Below are positions 43,991-53,213 of a stretch of DNA of 64,000 nucleotides, piece after piece; position 1 is the first letter of the stretch, and each line of letters starts with the position of its first letter. Made by a program: the position numbers and the translations under genes. A model generated the notes under the pieces. It saw nothing but the letters and a program-made list of their open reading frames with translations. It did not search any database and was not told where the DNA came from. Origin of the DNA: Desulfobaccales bacterium (GTDB lineage Bacteria > Desulfobacterota > Desulfobaccia > Desulfobaccales > 0-14-0-80-60-11); NCBI GenBank assembly GCA_049585595.1, contig JBAVAG010000118.1, positions 1,889-65,888 of the forward strand, written 5' to 3'.

Positions 43991-44083
43991 TGCCTCACCT
44001 GGTTCCGGCTGCACTTCTTGGCGGCTCATCGGTTGGGCGCATCTTTGCCGTCAAGGCTCGTAAGGTGGCTTGGGCGACCCAAT

Positions 44084-44118
44084 CACAGGCTGGAAGCCTG
44101 TGCCACTTTCGCCCCTAC
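44084..44118. repeat. REP-like element (minus orientation: GTAGGGGCGAAAGTGGCACAGGCTTCCAGCCTGTG)
   Basis: It shares GTAGGGGCG...AGTGGCACAGGC with the copy at 51428-51460. It contains the CACAGGCT/AGCCTGTG hairpin. Confidence 0.7.
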
Positions 44119-44121
44119 AAC

Positions 44122-46815
44122 TCAAAACTTGGCGCCCAAAGGCTCCTTCTCCGAGAATTCCATTTCCACTCTACGGATGTCGTCCATTTCGCCTCTGCTG
44201 ACGCGGAACCCCAGCTTTTTCACCAACTCCAGCATGGGGTGATTTGCGGCCAAGACTTCACCATACAAGAGATTTACCCCATTTTCCCGGGCAATTTCTA
44301 TGACCCGCTCAATCAATTTCTGCCCCAGGCCTTTGCCCTGCCAGGGGTCGGCCACAATCACCGCAAACTCGGCGTGGTCCCGCTCCGGAGTCATGACCAG
44401 CCGGCCCACCCCCATCATGATCTCCGGCCCGGGGGGCTGGCCAAACGCAGCCAGGCCGATCTCCCGGTCATAATCGTTCTGGGTGAAGCGGATCAGCATC
44501 TCATGGGTCCATCTCTTGATCAGGTGAAAATACCGGAAATAGATGGTATCGTCCGAACAGTTGTTCAGCAATTCCGCCACCAGGGGCTCATCTTCGGGAC
44601 GCATGGGACGCAGCAACACTGGGGTGCCGTCTTCGAGGAGCCAATCGCTCTCATACTGGTTGGGATAGGGACTGATAATCAGATGGCGGGGCGCCGGCAA
44701 ACTGCTTTCCTCGATGACCAGGCGGGCGTCCACCGCCACCGGTTGTCCGGCGGCGATGAGCAGGGGGTTGATATCCAACTCCACGATCTCCGGAAAATCG
44801 GTCACTAACTGGGAGAGCCGCACCAGGATTTCCTCCACCGCCTCCAGGTTGGCAGGGGGAATATTGCGGAAACCCTGGAGCAGCCGGTAAACCTGGGTCC
44901 TTGCCATCAGCCTCCGGGCCAGCAGCAGGTTTAAGGGCGGCAGGTCCACCGCGGTGTCCCGGATGGCCTCGGTGAGCACCCCGCCCAGGCCGAACAGGAT
45001 GCTGGGACCGAAGTCGGGGTCCCGTTTGCTGCCGAGGATCAGTTCCAGGTCTCCTTTGAGCACCTGGGCCTGCACCGTCACCCCGTAGAGCCTGGCCTCG
45101 GGCAGCGCCTCCCGGGCCTTCCCGGTAATCTCCTCATAAGCGGCCAGCACATCGGCATCGGTGTGCAGGTGGACTCGCACGCCGTCCACATCGGATTTGT
45201 GGGAGATATCCGGGGAGTGTACCTTCAGGACCACCGGGAAGCCCACGGCCTTGGCGGCCTTGACGGCGGCCGCAGCCGAAGAAGCCGCCACCGTGTGGTT
45301 CACCGGGATGCCATAAGCCGACAGGATAGCCTTGGATTCGATTTCGGTAAGAATCTTCACTTCCCGCTTAAAACACTCGTCGATGAAGGTCCTGGCCTGT
45401 TTGCTGTTGACCGTCAGGTTTTGGGGCAGGCGGGGCGGCGTCTCTTGCAGAAGCTCCAGATTCCGGGAATAGGTGTACATCTGCATAAAGCTGTCAACCG
45501 CCTCTTCCGGAGTGTGGAAGGTGGGAATACCGGCTTGGGTCAGAATGTTGATCCCTTCCGCCACCTGCCGGCCCCCCATCCAGACGGCGATCACCGGCTT
45601 GGCCCGGCTGGTGACCTCCGTCAGGGCCCGGGCCACCCCGGTGGGGTCGGTCATGGCCTGGGGCGACAGAATAACCACCAGTCCCTGAAACTCCGGCGCC
45701 TCCAGGCAGACCTGCACCGCCTTCAGGTAATGCTCCGGCCGGGCGTCCCCCAAGACATCGATGGGGTTGGCGTGGCTCCACATGGGGGGCAAAAATTGGT
45801 TCAGGGCTTGCAGGGTGGCGTCGCTCAAAGCGGGGGGCTCCAGACGCCATTTACTGAAGGCGTCCACCGCCATCACCCCGGGGCCGCCGGCGTTGGTGAT
45901 TATGGCCAGCCTGCCGCCGGCGGGGCGCTGCATCTTCCCCAGGGTCTCGGCGCAGTCAAAGAGTTGGGAGATGGTGTCCACCCGGATGATGCCGGCCCGC
46001 CGGAAAGCGGCATTGTAGGTTTCGTCCTGCCCTGCCAGGGCACCGGTGTGGGAGGCGGCGGCCTTGGCGGCCGCCTGGCTGCGCCCCGATTTGACCACGA
46101 TGATGGGTTTGACCCGGGAAACGGAGCGGGCGGCGCTCATAAATTTGCGGTGCCGAGTCATGTTCTCCATGTAAATGATGATGCTTTTGGCCGTCTCCTC
46201 ATTGCCCAGATAGTCGATCATGTCGGCGAAGTCGATGTCCGCCATGGAGCCAATACTGACAAAATGGCTGAAGCCTATATTCGCCACCGCGGCCCAGTCC
46301 AGGATGGCGCTGCAAATGGCGCCGCTCTGGGAGAGCAAGGCCAGTCTGCCGGGGGCGGCTTCGCTCCCGGCGAAGCTGGCGTTGAGCTTCTGGGACGGGC
46401 AGAGGATTCCCAGGCAATTGGGCCCCAGGTAGCGCACCCCGCTCTGATCCGCCGCGGCCTTGATCTCCGCTTCGATCTCGACGCCTCCCGCCCCGGTTTC
46501 CTTGCCGCCGGCGGAGATGATGATGGCCCCAGGCACCTGGGCCGGGCCGCAGTCTTTCAGGATAGCCGGCACCCCCTCGATGGGCACGGCAATGATAGCC
46601 AGGTCAATGGGGGCCTGCACCGCGGCCAGGGAGGGATAGGTCTTAAGACCCAGGATTTCCTCATGTTTTGGGTTGATGGGATAGATCTTCCCGGGGAACC
46701 CGCCCTTTTTGAGATTATCCACCAGGGTGCGCCCGATGCACGCCTCCCTGGGGCTGGCCCCTACCACCGCCACCGCTTGCGGTTTGAAAAAGTGATCCAG
46801 GAAAGGTTCCGTCAC
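44122..46815 (-). CDS. pat: Pat-type bifunctional protein: ADP-forming acyl-CoA synthetase-like domains plus a C-terminal GNAT acetyltransferase
   Basis: AVVGASPREACIGRTL is the CoA-binding part, followed by succinyl-CoA-synthetase-like and ATP-grasp regions. The C-terminus VIVADPWQGKGLGQKLIERV is GNAT motif A. Confidence 0.85.
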   Translation of the reverse strand: MTEPFLDHFFKPQAVAVVGASPREACIGRTLVDNLKKGGFPGKIYPINPKHEEILGLKTYPSLAAVQAPIDLAIIAVPIEGVPAILKDCGPAQVPGAIIISAGGKETGAGGVEIEAEIKAAADQSGVRYLGPNCLGILCPSQKLNASFAGSEAAPGRLALLSQSGAICSAILDWAAVANIGFSHFVSIGSMADIDFADMIDYLGNEETAKSIIIYMENMTRHRKFMSAARSVSRVKPIIVVKSGRSQAAAKAAASHTGALAGQDETYNAAFRRAGIIRVDTISQLFDCAETLGKMQRPAGGRLAIITNAGGPGVMAVDAFSKWRLEPPALSDATLQALNQFLPPMWSHANPIDVLGDARPEHYLKAVQVCLEAPEFQGLVVILSPQAMTDPTGVARALTEVTSRAKPVIAVWMGGRQVAEGINILTQAGIPTFHTPEEAVDSFMQMYTYSRNLELLQETPPRLPQNLTVNSKQARTFIDECFKREVKILTEIESKAILSAYGIPVNHTVAASSAAAAVKAAKAVGFPVVLKVHSPDISHKSDVDGVRVHLHTDADVLAAYEEITGKAREALPEARLYGVTVQAQVLKGDLELILGSKRDPDFGPSILFGLGGVLTEAIRDTAVDLPPLNLLLARRLMARTQVYRLLQGFRNIPPANLEAVEEILVRLSQLVTDFPEIVELDINPLLIAAGQPVAVDARLVIEESSLPAPRHLIISPYPNQYESDWLLEDGTPVLLRPMRPEDEPLVAELLNNCSDDTIYFRYFHLIKRWTHEMLIRFTQNDYDREIGLAAFGQPPGPEIMMGVGRLVMTPERDHAEFAVIVADPWQGKGLGQKLIERVIEIARENGVNLLYGEVLAANHPMLELVKKLGFRVSRGEMDDIRRVEMEFSEKEPLGAKF

Positions 46816-48143
46816 GTTCCCTCCTTGTGGCCGCTCCGGACCTGGGGCGGCAATGATTCCGCATAGATTTCCACCGCGTGGCGCACTGCCACCCGGGCCC
46901 CGGCCTGGGAGAGCATATCGGTAAGCTGCAGCATGCAGGCAGGGCAGCCGGTGGCCACCACGGCGCAGCCGGATTCGAGGACATGATCCCGCTTGCGCCG
47001 GCCGATGCTGGCGGAGATTTCATAGTGCTGCAGGTTGAAGCTGCCGCCCATACCGCAGCACCAATCCGCCTCGGCCATCTCCTTGAGGCGGTAGCGGGGA
47101 TTGGCCCGGATCAGGGCCCGGGCCTGGTCCGCCACCCCCAGGGACTTCTTCAAGTGGCAGGGGTCGTGGTAGGTAATGTCGATGGCTTCGGCTCCAGGCG
47201 TTGACCGCGCCGGCCCCGGGTCCAGCCGCTCCACCAGAAACTGGCTGATGTCCAGGGTCTTGGCGGCCAGGGCGGCGGCCTTCTCCCGGTCGGCGGCGGG
47301 GAAATCCTGGGTCATCACCGGCCAGAGCTTCTTGATGGTGGAGGCGCAGGTGGCACAGGCGGTCACCAGGTAATCGCAGGGCTCCCCGGCGAACTGTCCC
47401 AGCGAGTGGCGCACCAGGGCCGCGAAGGCCTCGACATCGCCGCCGGCCAGGGCGGGAATGCCGCAGCAAGCCTGCTCCGGCGGCGCCAGCACCCCCACCC
47501 CGTGGTGCCTGAGGGCCTTGAGGGTCGCGTCCGCCACCTCCGGGAAGAGCTTGTCGATCAGGCAGCCCACAAAAAAGGCGACCCTCAGACCCCCGGGGCC
47601 AGGGGCGATATCCACCCTGCCCACCTGGCGGTGCCAGGGCACCGGGGCCAGGGGTTTGAGATGCCGACCCCTAAGCAACGGTGACATCACGCGGGCGCAG
47701 GAGGAACCGAGGAGGTCGTCCACCGGCTTGATGAAGATCCCCTGGAACCGGGCCCCCCAGTCCAGGATGCGGTTAAAGGTCCCCGGTTTGGCCAGCAGCC
47801 TCCGAAAGGCCGCCTTTTTCCAGGGCGGCAGACCCAGATAACCCGTCAGGATGGCCCGGGCCTTGATGAAGATGTTCAGCACCTTGACGCCGCTGGGGCA
47901 GTTGGCGGCGCAGGAGCCGCACAGCAGACAGCGGTTCAGGTGGTCCTGGACCCCATCGGGGTTTTTCAGGATCTCCTTGAGAAGGCCGTCCAGCAAGGCC
48001 AGCTTGCCCCGGGCCACGTCCGCTTCCCGGCCGGTTTCGGCGAACAACGGGCAGACCGCCTGGCAGAGGCCGCAGCGCATACAGACCACCAACTGGTCTT
48101 CCAATTCCTTCATCAGCCGGGCCAGCGCCGTAAGGCTGGGCAT
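46812..48143 (-). CDS. glcF: Fe-S subunit of a glycolate / D-lactate oxidase-type dehydrogenase (GlcF-like)
   Basis: CMRCGLCQAVCPLF and CLLCGSCAANCPSG are 2x[4Fe-4S] motifs. The CCG motifs are QACCGIPA and ADWCCGMGG. Confidence 0.85.
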   Translation of the reverse strand: MPSLTALARLMKELEDQLVVCMRCGLCQAVCPLFAETGREADVARGKLALLDGLLKEILKNPDGVQDHLNRCLLCGSCAANCPSGVKVLNIFIKARAILTGYLGLPPWKKAAFRRLLAKPGTFNRILDWGARFQGIFIKPVDDLLGSSCARVMSPLLRGRHLKPLAPVPWHRQVGRVDIAPGPGGLRVAFFVGCLIDKLFPEVADATLKALRHHGVGVLAPPEQACCGIPALAGGDVEAFAALVRHSLGQFAGEPCDYLVTACATCASTIKKLWPVMTQDFPAADREKAAALAAKTLDISQFLVERLDPGPARSTPGAEAIDITYHDPCHLKKSLGVADQARALIRANPRYRLKEMAEADWCCGMGGSFNLQHYEISASIGRRKRDHVLESGCAVVATGCPACMLQLTDMLSQAGARVAVRHAVEIYAESLPPQVRSGHKEGT

Positions 48144-48476
48144 CTTCTTCTCCTAAGAAAGCAGTGAGCAGGGAGCAGTGGCCAGTGATCAGTAATCAGT
48201 AATCAGTAATCAGTAAAAAGGGTTTTTCTGTAGCCGCAGCCTTTAGGCTGCGCCAAAAGCTTCTGGGCAGAGGCGTCTACACCAACTGGTTCTGCAATTC
48301 CCCACGAAACCTATTAATTCGCAATGGCAATTTAGACCGGGGTGTGCCTCATGACCCCAATAAGGCGCGTAAGACGCGCCCTACGTAACTGTTCACTACT
48401 CACTGCTTACTGCTCCCTGCTCAATGACCACTGATTACTGATTACTGATTACTCCTCCCTGATCACTCCTCCCCAC
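48144..48476. repeat. Heptamer-array element filling the glcD-glcF spacer
   Basis: The left arm is 48161-48216 (CAGTGAG/CAGGGAG, then CAGTAAT x3). The right arm is 48388-48476 (CTCACTG/CTGCTCC, then ACTGATT x3). The 170-nt core has two GC hairpins. Confidence 0.85.
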
Positions 48477-49859
48477 TCACTCCCCGATGCTCTGCCCGGG
48501 GTTCAAGATATTCTTCGGGTCCAGGGCCGCCTTGATGCTCTTGGAATAGCGGATGGTGCCGGGGCCCACTTCCTTTTCCAGGAAGCGGGCCTTGGCCTTG
48601 CCGATGCCGTGCTCCCCGGAGAGGGTGCCACCCAGGGCCAGGGCAACGTCGAAGATGGCCTCTACTGCGGCCTCCACCCGGCGCCATTCCTCCTGGTTGC
48701 GGCGGTCCGTGAGGATGGTGGGGTGGAGGTTGCCGTCCCCGGCGTGGCCGAAGGTGCCGATGGGCAGCTCAAATTTCCGGCCGATCTCTTCCAGTGCCCG
48801 GATCATGGCGGGGATCTGGCTGCGGGGGACGGTGGCGTCCTCCAGGACCACGGTGGGTTTCAGTTTGGCCAGGGCCGAAAGTGCCGCCCGGCGGGCGGCC
48901 CAGACCCGGTCCCGCTCCGCCGCGTCCTGGGCGGTGTGCACCTGGGTTGCCCCGAGCTTCCGGCAGAGGGCCTCCACCTGCTCGGCCTCCTCCGCCACCA
49001 CTGCGGGGTGGCCGTCCACCTCGATCAAGAGCAGGGCGGCGGCGTCCACCGGCAGCCCCACGTGGCTGTAATCCTCCACGGTGCGGATGGTGAAGTTATC
49101 CAGAAATTCCAGGGTGGCCGGCACGATGCGGTTACTGATGATGGCCGCCACCGTCTCCGAAGCCTGGTCCACCTGGTCGAAAGTCGCCAGCATAGCCCGC
49201 CGGTCCTGGGGCAGGGGAATCAGTTTCAGGATGATCTCGGCGATCACCCCCAGGGTGCCCTCGGAACCCACCAGGAGGCCGGTGAGGTTGTAGCCGGTGA
49301 CGCACTTCACCGTGCGGGAGCCGGTCTTGACGAGGTCGCCCGCGGCCGCGAAAAACTCCAGGCCCATGACGTAGTCCAGGGTGACCCCATACTTCAGGCC
49401 CCGCAGCCCCCCGGCGTTTTCCGCGACGTTGCCCCCCAGGGTGGAGACCGCCATGGAGCCCGGGTCCGGCGGATAGAAGAGGCCCTTGGCCTCCACCGCC
49501 GCGGCCAGCCTGGCGGTGACCACCCCCGGCTGCACCACCGCGTACTGGTCTGCTTCGTTGATCTCCAGGATCTGGTTGAGGGCGTTGGTCAGGACCACCA
49601 CCCCCCCGGCGTGGGGGATGGTGCCGCCGCTGAGGTTGGTGCCGGCCCCCCGCACCGTCAGGGGCAGACCGTGGTCGTTGCAGAGGCGCACCACCCGGCC
49701 CAGGGCCTCGCAGGAGCGGGGCCGCACCACCAGGGCGGGGAGCACCGGCTCCAGGACCGCGGCGTCATAGGCATAGGTGAGCCGGTCGGCTTCGCTCACC
49801 ATGACCTGCTCCCGGCCCACGATCTGTTGCAATTCTTGAATCAGGCCTTGGCTAATCAT
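48477..49859 (-). CDS. glcD: FAD-linked oxidase (GlcD / D-lactate dehydrogenase-like)
   Basis: PALVVRPRSCEALGRVVRLCNDHGLPLTVRGAGTNLSGG is the FAD-binding PCMH domain; GEHGIGKAK lies near the C-terminus. ATG at 49859 follows GGAGGAGA. Confidence 0.85.
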   Translation of the reverse strand: MISQGLIQELQQIVGREQVMVSEADRLTYAYDAAVLEPVLPALVVRPRSCEALGRVVRLCNDHGLPLTVRGAGTNLSGGTIPHAGGVVVLTNALNQILEINEADQYAVVQPGVVTARLAAAVEAKGLFYPPDPGSMAVSTLGGNVAENAGGLRGLKYGVTLDYVMGLEFFAAAGDLVKTGSRTVKCVTGYNLTGLLVGSEGTLGVIAEIILKLIPLPQDRRAMLATFDQVDQASETVAAIISNRIVPATLEFLDNFTIRTVEDYSHVGLPVDAAALLLIEVDGHPAVVAEEAEQVEALCRKLGATQVHTAQDAAERDRVWAARRAALSALAKLKPTVVLEDATVPRSQIPAMIRALEEIGRKFELPIGTFGHAGDGNLHPTILTDRRNQEEWRRVEAAVEAIFDVALALGGTLSGEHGIGKAKARFLEKEVGPGTIRYSKSIKAALDPKNILNPGQSIGE

Positions 49860-49947
49860 TTCTCCTCCGGACCAACGGCGTCTCAGGGAAGGTTCGGGTT
49901 TTTCCCTCAAACTCTAGCAAGTTAAAAGTTTGGTAGGGGAAAAACAC

Positions 49948-51240
49948 TTAAGTTGTCAAGGTGTTATCAAAAAGAGGGATGACGTACGGTCCTTCAGGCA
50001 CCACGGCAATTTCGCTATCATTCTGAGCCTTCATGCTGGCCAGCACCGCCTCAGTAACCGATGCCACCGGCTCGACGCAGACATCTTTCAGCATTGGTTC
50101 GTTGAGCCCCGTGGTGTATAACTGCACCCGCCCCACTCGCAGGGCCTTCACCAGCATCTCCGTCTGCCATTCATCAATGAGCGCCTTTTCCCGGGTTGCC
50201 AGGGCCGCCATGAAGGCCTCGGGACCCACCTTGCCCAGATGGCGCTGAGCCTCCACGAATTCGCGGCTGCCCATCCCTTCGGAACACTCGCTGGCAATGA
50301 TGATGTTCCCGCCTGGCTCCAGCACCTCCAGGACGCCTACCATGCCCTTGATGGTTTGGTAATAAGTCTTGTCGAGGGGATATCCGGCGCTGGTGGTGAC
50401 AATGGTCTTAAAACGCCTGGGAATTCTGACTTCGGCATATTTCCTCATGAAGGCTACCGCCTCCAGGTGGCTGGTCTCAATTTCACCAAAGTTGACAAAA
50501 CCGATCCGTCTCTCTTCATCGATGACCACGTTCAGGGCTAAAATCCCCCCCAGCGTCCGGATAATTTCCATCTGTTCATTGTGCAGGGGGTTCCCTTCGA
50601 TGACACAGTTGACAGCCTTGCAATGCTCGAGGATATGAGCGGTATGAAGCTTCAGAATGGTATCTTGATAGGCCACGCCCGGTACGATGACCTTCCGTCC
50701 ACCCGAATACCCTGCCATGAAGTGGGGTTCCACCAAGCCGGTCACAATCTTCAAATCCGCCTCGACAAAGCGGCGGTCGAGGGCGATGGGAATCCCGGTG
50801 GAAGTCTTTCCCAACTCAACGTGGGCCTGTTTCTCCCGGGCAAAATGGTTCTCCACGCGCATAGAGTTAAAGATCTCATCCGAACCAATGATCTCCTTCA
50901 GTTCCTCCCCTTCGTTGGGCCGGTGCAAACCAGTGGCGACGAGAATCAGGATATTTTCCCTGGAAATGCCAGCGGCGCAGAGGGCATCCAGGAGGGGCGG
51001 CAGCAGAGTCCCATTGGGAACCGGCCTGGTAACATCGCAGATCAGAATGCAGACATTTTTTTTACCCCGGCCCAGCTTGGCCAGGGGATCACTCTGGACC
51101 GGTGCGGCGATGGCTTTCTTTACCGCGGCCAACGGGTCCGCCAAGGGGGTCATGGGATGCTTGCGGATCACGGTGGCGCGGGCCTCAGGAGGCAGATCGA
51201 CTGTGATACCGTTCCGTCCATAGAGAAGGTCAACTTTCAT
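49948..51240 (-). CDS. larA: Nickel-dependent lactate racemase LarA family protein
   Basis: KNVCILICDVTRPVPN...ILVATGLHRP...GLVEPHFMAGYSGGRK. Confidence 0.8.
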   Translation of the reverse strand: MKVDLLYGRNGITVDLPPEARATVIRKHPMTPLADPLAAVKKAIAAPVQSDPLAKLGRGKKNVCILICDVTRPVPNGTLLPPLLDALCAAGISRENILILVATGLHRPNEGEELKEIIGSDEIFNSMRVENHFAREKQAHVELGKTSTGIPIALDRRFVEADLKIVTGLVEPHFMAGYSGGRKVIVPGVAYQDTILKLHTAHILEHCKAVNCVIEGNPLHNEQMEIIRTLGGILALNVVIDEERRIGFVNFGEIETSHLEAVAFMRKYAEVRIPRRFKTIVTTSAGYPLDKTYYQTIKGMVGVLEVLEPGGNIIIASECSEGMGSREFVEAQRHLGKVGPEAFMAALATREKALIDEWQTEMLVKALRVGRVQLYTTGLNEPMLKDVCVEPVASVTEAVLASMKAQNDSEIAVVPEGPYVIPLFDNTLTT

Positions 51241-51346
51241 AGCCAGTCTCCTCTCAAGTTAATGCCTTGCGGGCGCGTGTCGGTGCTGATTTAAAACAGG
51301 CGCGATTTTGACCCCAGACCCCTGATCATGTGACAATTTCCAAATT

Positions 51347-51373
51347 TCTAAAATCATAATTCATAATCATAAT
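51347..51373. repeat. Short tandem heptamer array (TCATAAT) x3
   Basis: aaaATCATAATTCATAATCATAATgcg. Confidence 0.6.
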
Positions 51374-51379
51374 GCGTAA

Positions 51380-51545
51380 CCCCAAAAAAGGGGAATTATA
51401 TACTTGACTCCCGATTCCATCACGGCCGTAGGGGCGGCGTTTCAGTGGCACAGGCCTCTGGCAATCGTGGGTTTGCCCTGGGCGGGGAAACCCTGCCCCT
51501 ACAAAGGATAATTGAGGGATTCAAATATATAATTCCCCAAAAAAG
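51380..51545. mobile_element. MITE-like nested palindrome: 13-bp perfect terminal inverted repeats around a REP-like core
   Basis: GGGGAATTATATA (51390-51402) pairs with TATATAATTCCCC (51526-51538). CCCCAAAAAAG occurs at both ends. The core is GTAGGGGCGG...CTGCCCCTAC (51428-51501). Confidence 0.5.
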
Positions 51546-51754
51546 CTATCCGTGATCAGGCCTCGCGGCGACAGCCGGCAAGGTGTAATTTAACCTTTGA
51601 GTTTGCTAAGGTAAAAGGTTTGGCAGATGGTAATACCATTTTACTCGCTGGCCGGACCTTCCAAGTATTTCCTCATTGGTTAGTCACTCACTTACAAAAA
51701 AAACCTGAAAAGGACTTTTTCCTATCCGGATTTTTGCCGCCCCGGCCGCGCCCC

Positions 51755-52471
51755 CTATGAAACCCGGTGATTCCGGACAAAATCCAGGACAAAGCCGATG
51801 TGCCGTTTCATGGCCAGGAAGGCGGCTTCCGGGTCATGGTCTTTGATGGCCTCATAAACCTCCCGGTGGTGCCGGGAGATGATGGGGAGGCTCTTGGGTT
51901 CCTCCCAGAGGGCCTGCAGGTTCTCCTTGATGCCGTGGTGCAAGAGGTCGTAAAAATTCTTCATGATATAGACCTGGACCGGGTTCCTGGTGGCATAGGC
52001 CAGGGCCATGTGAAAGGAGACGTCGTCGTCAATCCCCAGGCGGCCGGCGGCGTTCTCCGCCTGCATGGCCGCCAGGTGCTTCTCCATCACCTGCAGGTCC
52101 TCGGCGGAGGCCCGCTGGGCCGCCAGGAGCGCCGCCTGGCATTCCAGGCCCATGCGCACTTCCAGCAGTTCCTCCAGGGTGGCTTCATGGCCCCCCATCA
52201 CCGCGGCCAGGGGGTTGTGCTCCCTCTGGGCGGTGAGGGAGCGCACAAAGGTACCCGCCCCTTGCTGGTGGTCCAGCAACCCCATGGTCACCAGCCTTCT
52301 GATGGCCTCCCGCACCGTGGGCCGGCTCACGCCCAGGGCCTGGGCCAGCTCCCGCTCCGGCATGAGTTGGTCCCCCGGCTTGAGCTGCCCCCGGAAGACC
52401 AGGTCGCGGATCTGCTCAAAGGCCTGGTCCGAGACCCGTCTGGCCTTAATGGGCTTGAGTAGGATGTTCAT
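51755..52471 (-). CDS. GntR/FadR-family regulator (LldR/PdhR-like)
   Basis: VSDQAFEQIRDLVFRGQLKPGDQLMPERELAQALGVSRPTVREAIRRL plus an FCD-type C-terminal domain. Confidence 0.85.
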   Translation of the reverse strand: MNILLKPIKARRVSDQAFEQIRDLVFRGQLKPGDQLMPERELAQALGVSRPTVREAIRRLVTMGLLDHQQGAGTFVRSLTAQREHNPLAAVMGGHEATLEELLEVRMGLECQAALLAAQRASAEDLQVMEKHLAAMQAENAAGRLGIDDDVSFHMALAYATRNPVQVYIMKNFYDLLHHGIKENLQALWEEPKSLPIISRHHREVYEAIKDHDPEAAFLAMKRHIGFVLDFVRNHRVS

Positions 52472-52508
52472 GGCCCCCCCGGTTCATTTTACCCCCAAAA
52501 ATTTTTCC

Positions 52509-52537
52509 TTGACAAGTTATTAGCGGTTTTTTAATAT
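52509..52537 (+). promoter_or_regulatory. Sigma70-like promoter of the lut-lctP operon
   Basis: TTGACA (52509-52514), a 17-nt spacer, then TAATAT (52532-52537). Confidence 0.5.
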
Positions 52538-52544
52538 CATGTCA

Positions 52545-52560
52545 AGTGGTATTACCAATT
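52545..52560. promoter_or_regulatory. FadR/PdhR-type operator AGTGGTATTACCAATT
   Basis: The inverted repeat TGGT-ATT-ACCA lies just downstream of the -10. A half-site-like AATTGGTTAGC lies at 52593-52603. Confidence 0.5.
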
Positions 52561-52659
52561 CATTTCCAGGGAAAAATCTGCCACTTTTCGACAATTGGTT
52601 AGCTATCTCGCCCAGGGGCGCTGCTTTTTCAGACCATACCTGATCTTTGGGAGCCAATC

Positions 52660-53208
52660 ATGGCCGCACAGAAACTGGTCGCCACCCTAAAGGAAAAAGC
52701 CGAAGCGGTCCAGGTGGTGGTCACCCAGGTGCCCAGCCTCGAGGCCGCCTTTGCCTACGCCGTCAAGGTCACCCGGGAGCAAGGCGGCGCCTCCATTGCC
52801 GCTCCCGGCTGGGACGCCGAGAGCCTGGCGACCCTGAAGGCCGACTGCCAAGAGGCCGGCTTGGAGTTGCTGGAGGAGAATCTGCGGGAGCGGGCCGCCG
52901 CCATCCATACCGGTCTCACCCAGGCTGATTGGGGCATCGCCGACACCGGCACTTTGGTGCTGGATTCCAGTTCCGAGGACCTCCGCCTGGCCACCATGCT
53001 CTCCGAAACCCACATTGCGGTCCTGCCCCTCTCCCGTCTGCGGGCCACCGCCACTGACCTGGAACCGGAGATGAACCGCCTCATGCAGTCCCCTCCCAAT
53101 TATCTGGCCTTCATTACCGGCGCTTCCCGCACCGCCGACATCGAGCGGGTGCTGACCCTGGGGGTCCACGGCCCCCTGGAACTCCACCTCTTGCTGCTCA
53201 AGGATTAA
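52660..53208 (+). CDS. lutC: LutC-like LUD-domain protein
   Basis: GLTQADWGIADTGTLVL...HIAVLPLSRL...FITGASRTADIE. Confidence 0.75.
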   Translation: MAAQKLVATLKEKAEAVQVVVTQVPSLEAAFAYAVKVTREQGGASIAAPGWDAESLATLKADCQEAGLELLEENLRERAAAIHTGLTQADWGIADTGTLVLDSSSEDLRLATMLSETHIAVLPLSRLRATATDLEPEMNRLMQSPPNYLAFITGASRTADIERVLTLGVHGPLELHLLLLKD

Positions 53209-53213
53209 TCGTC

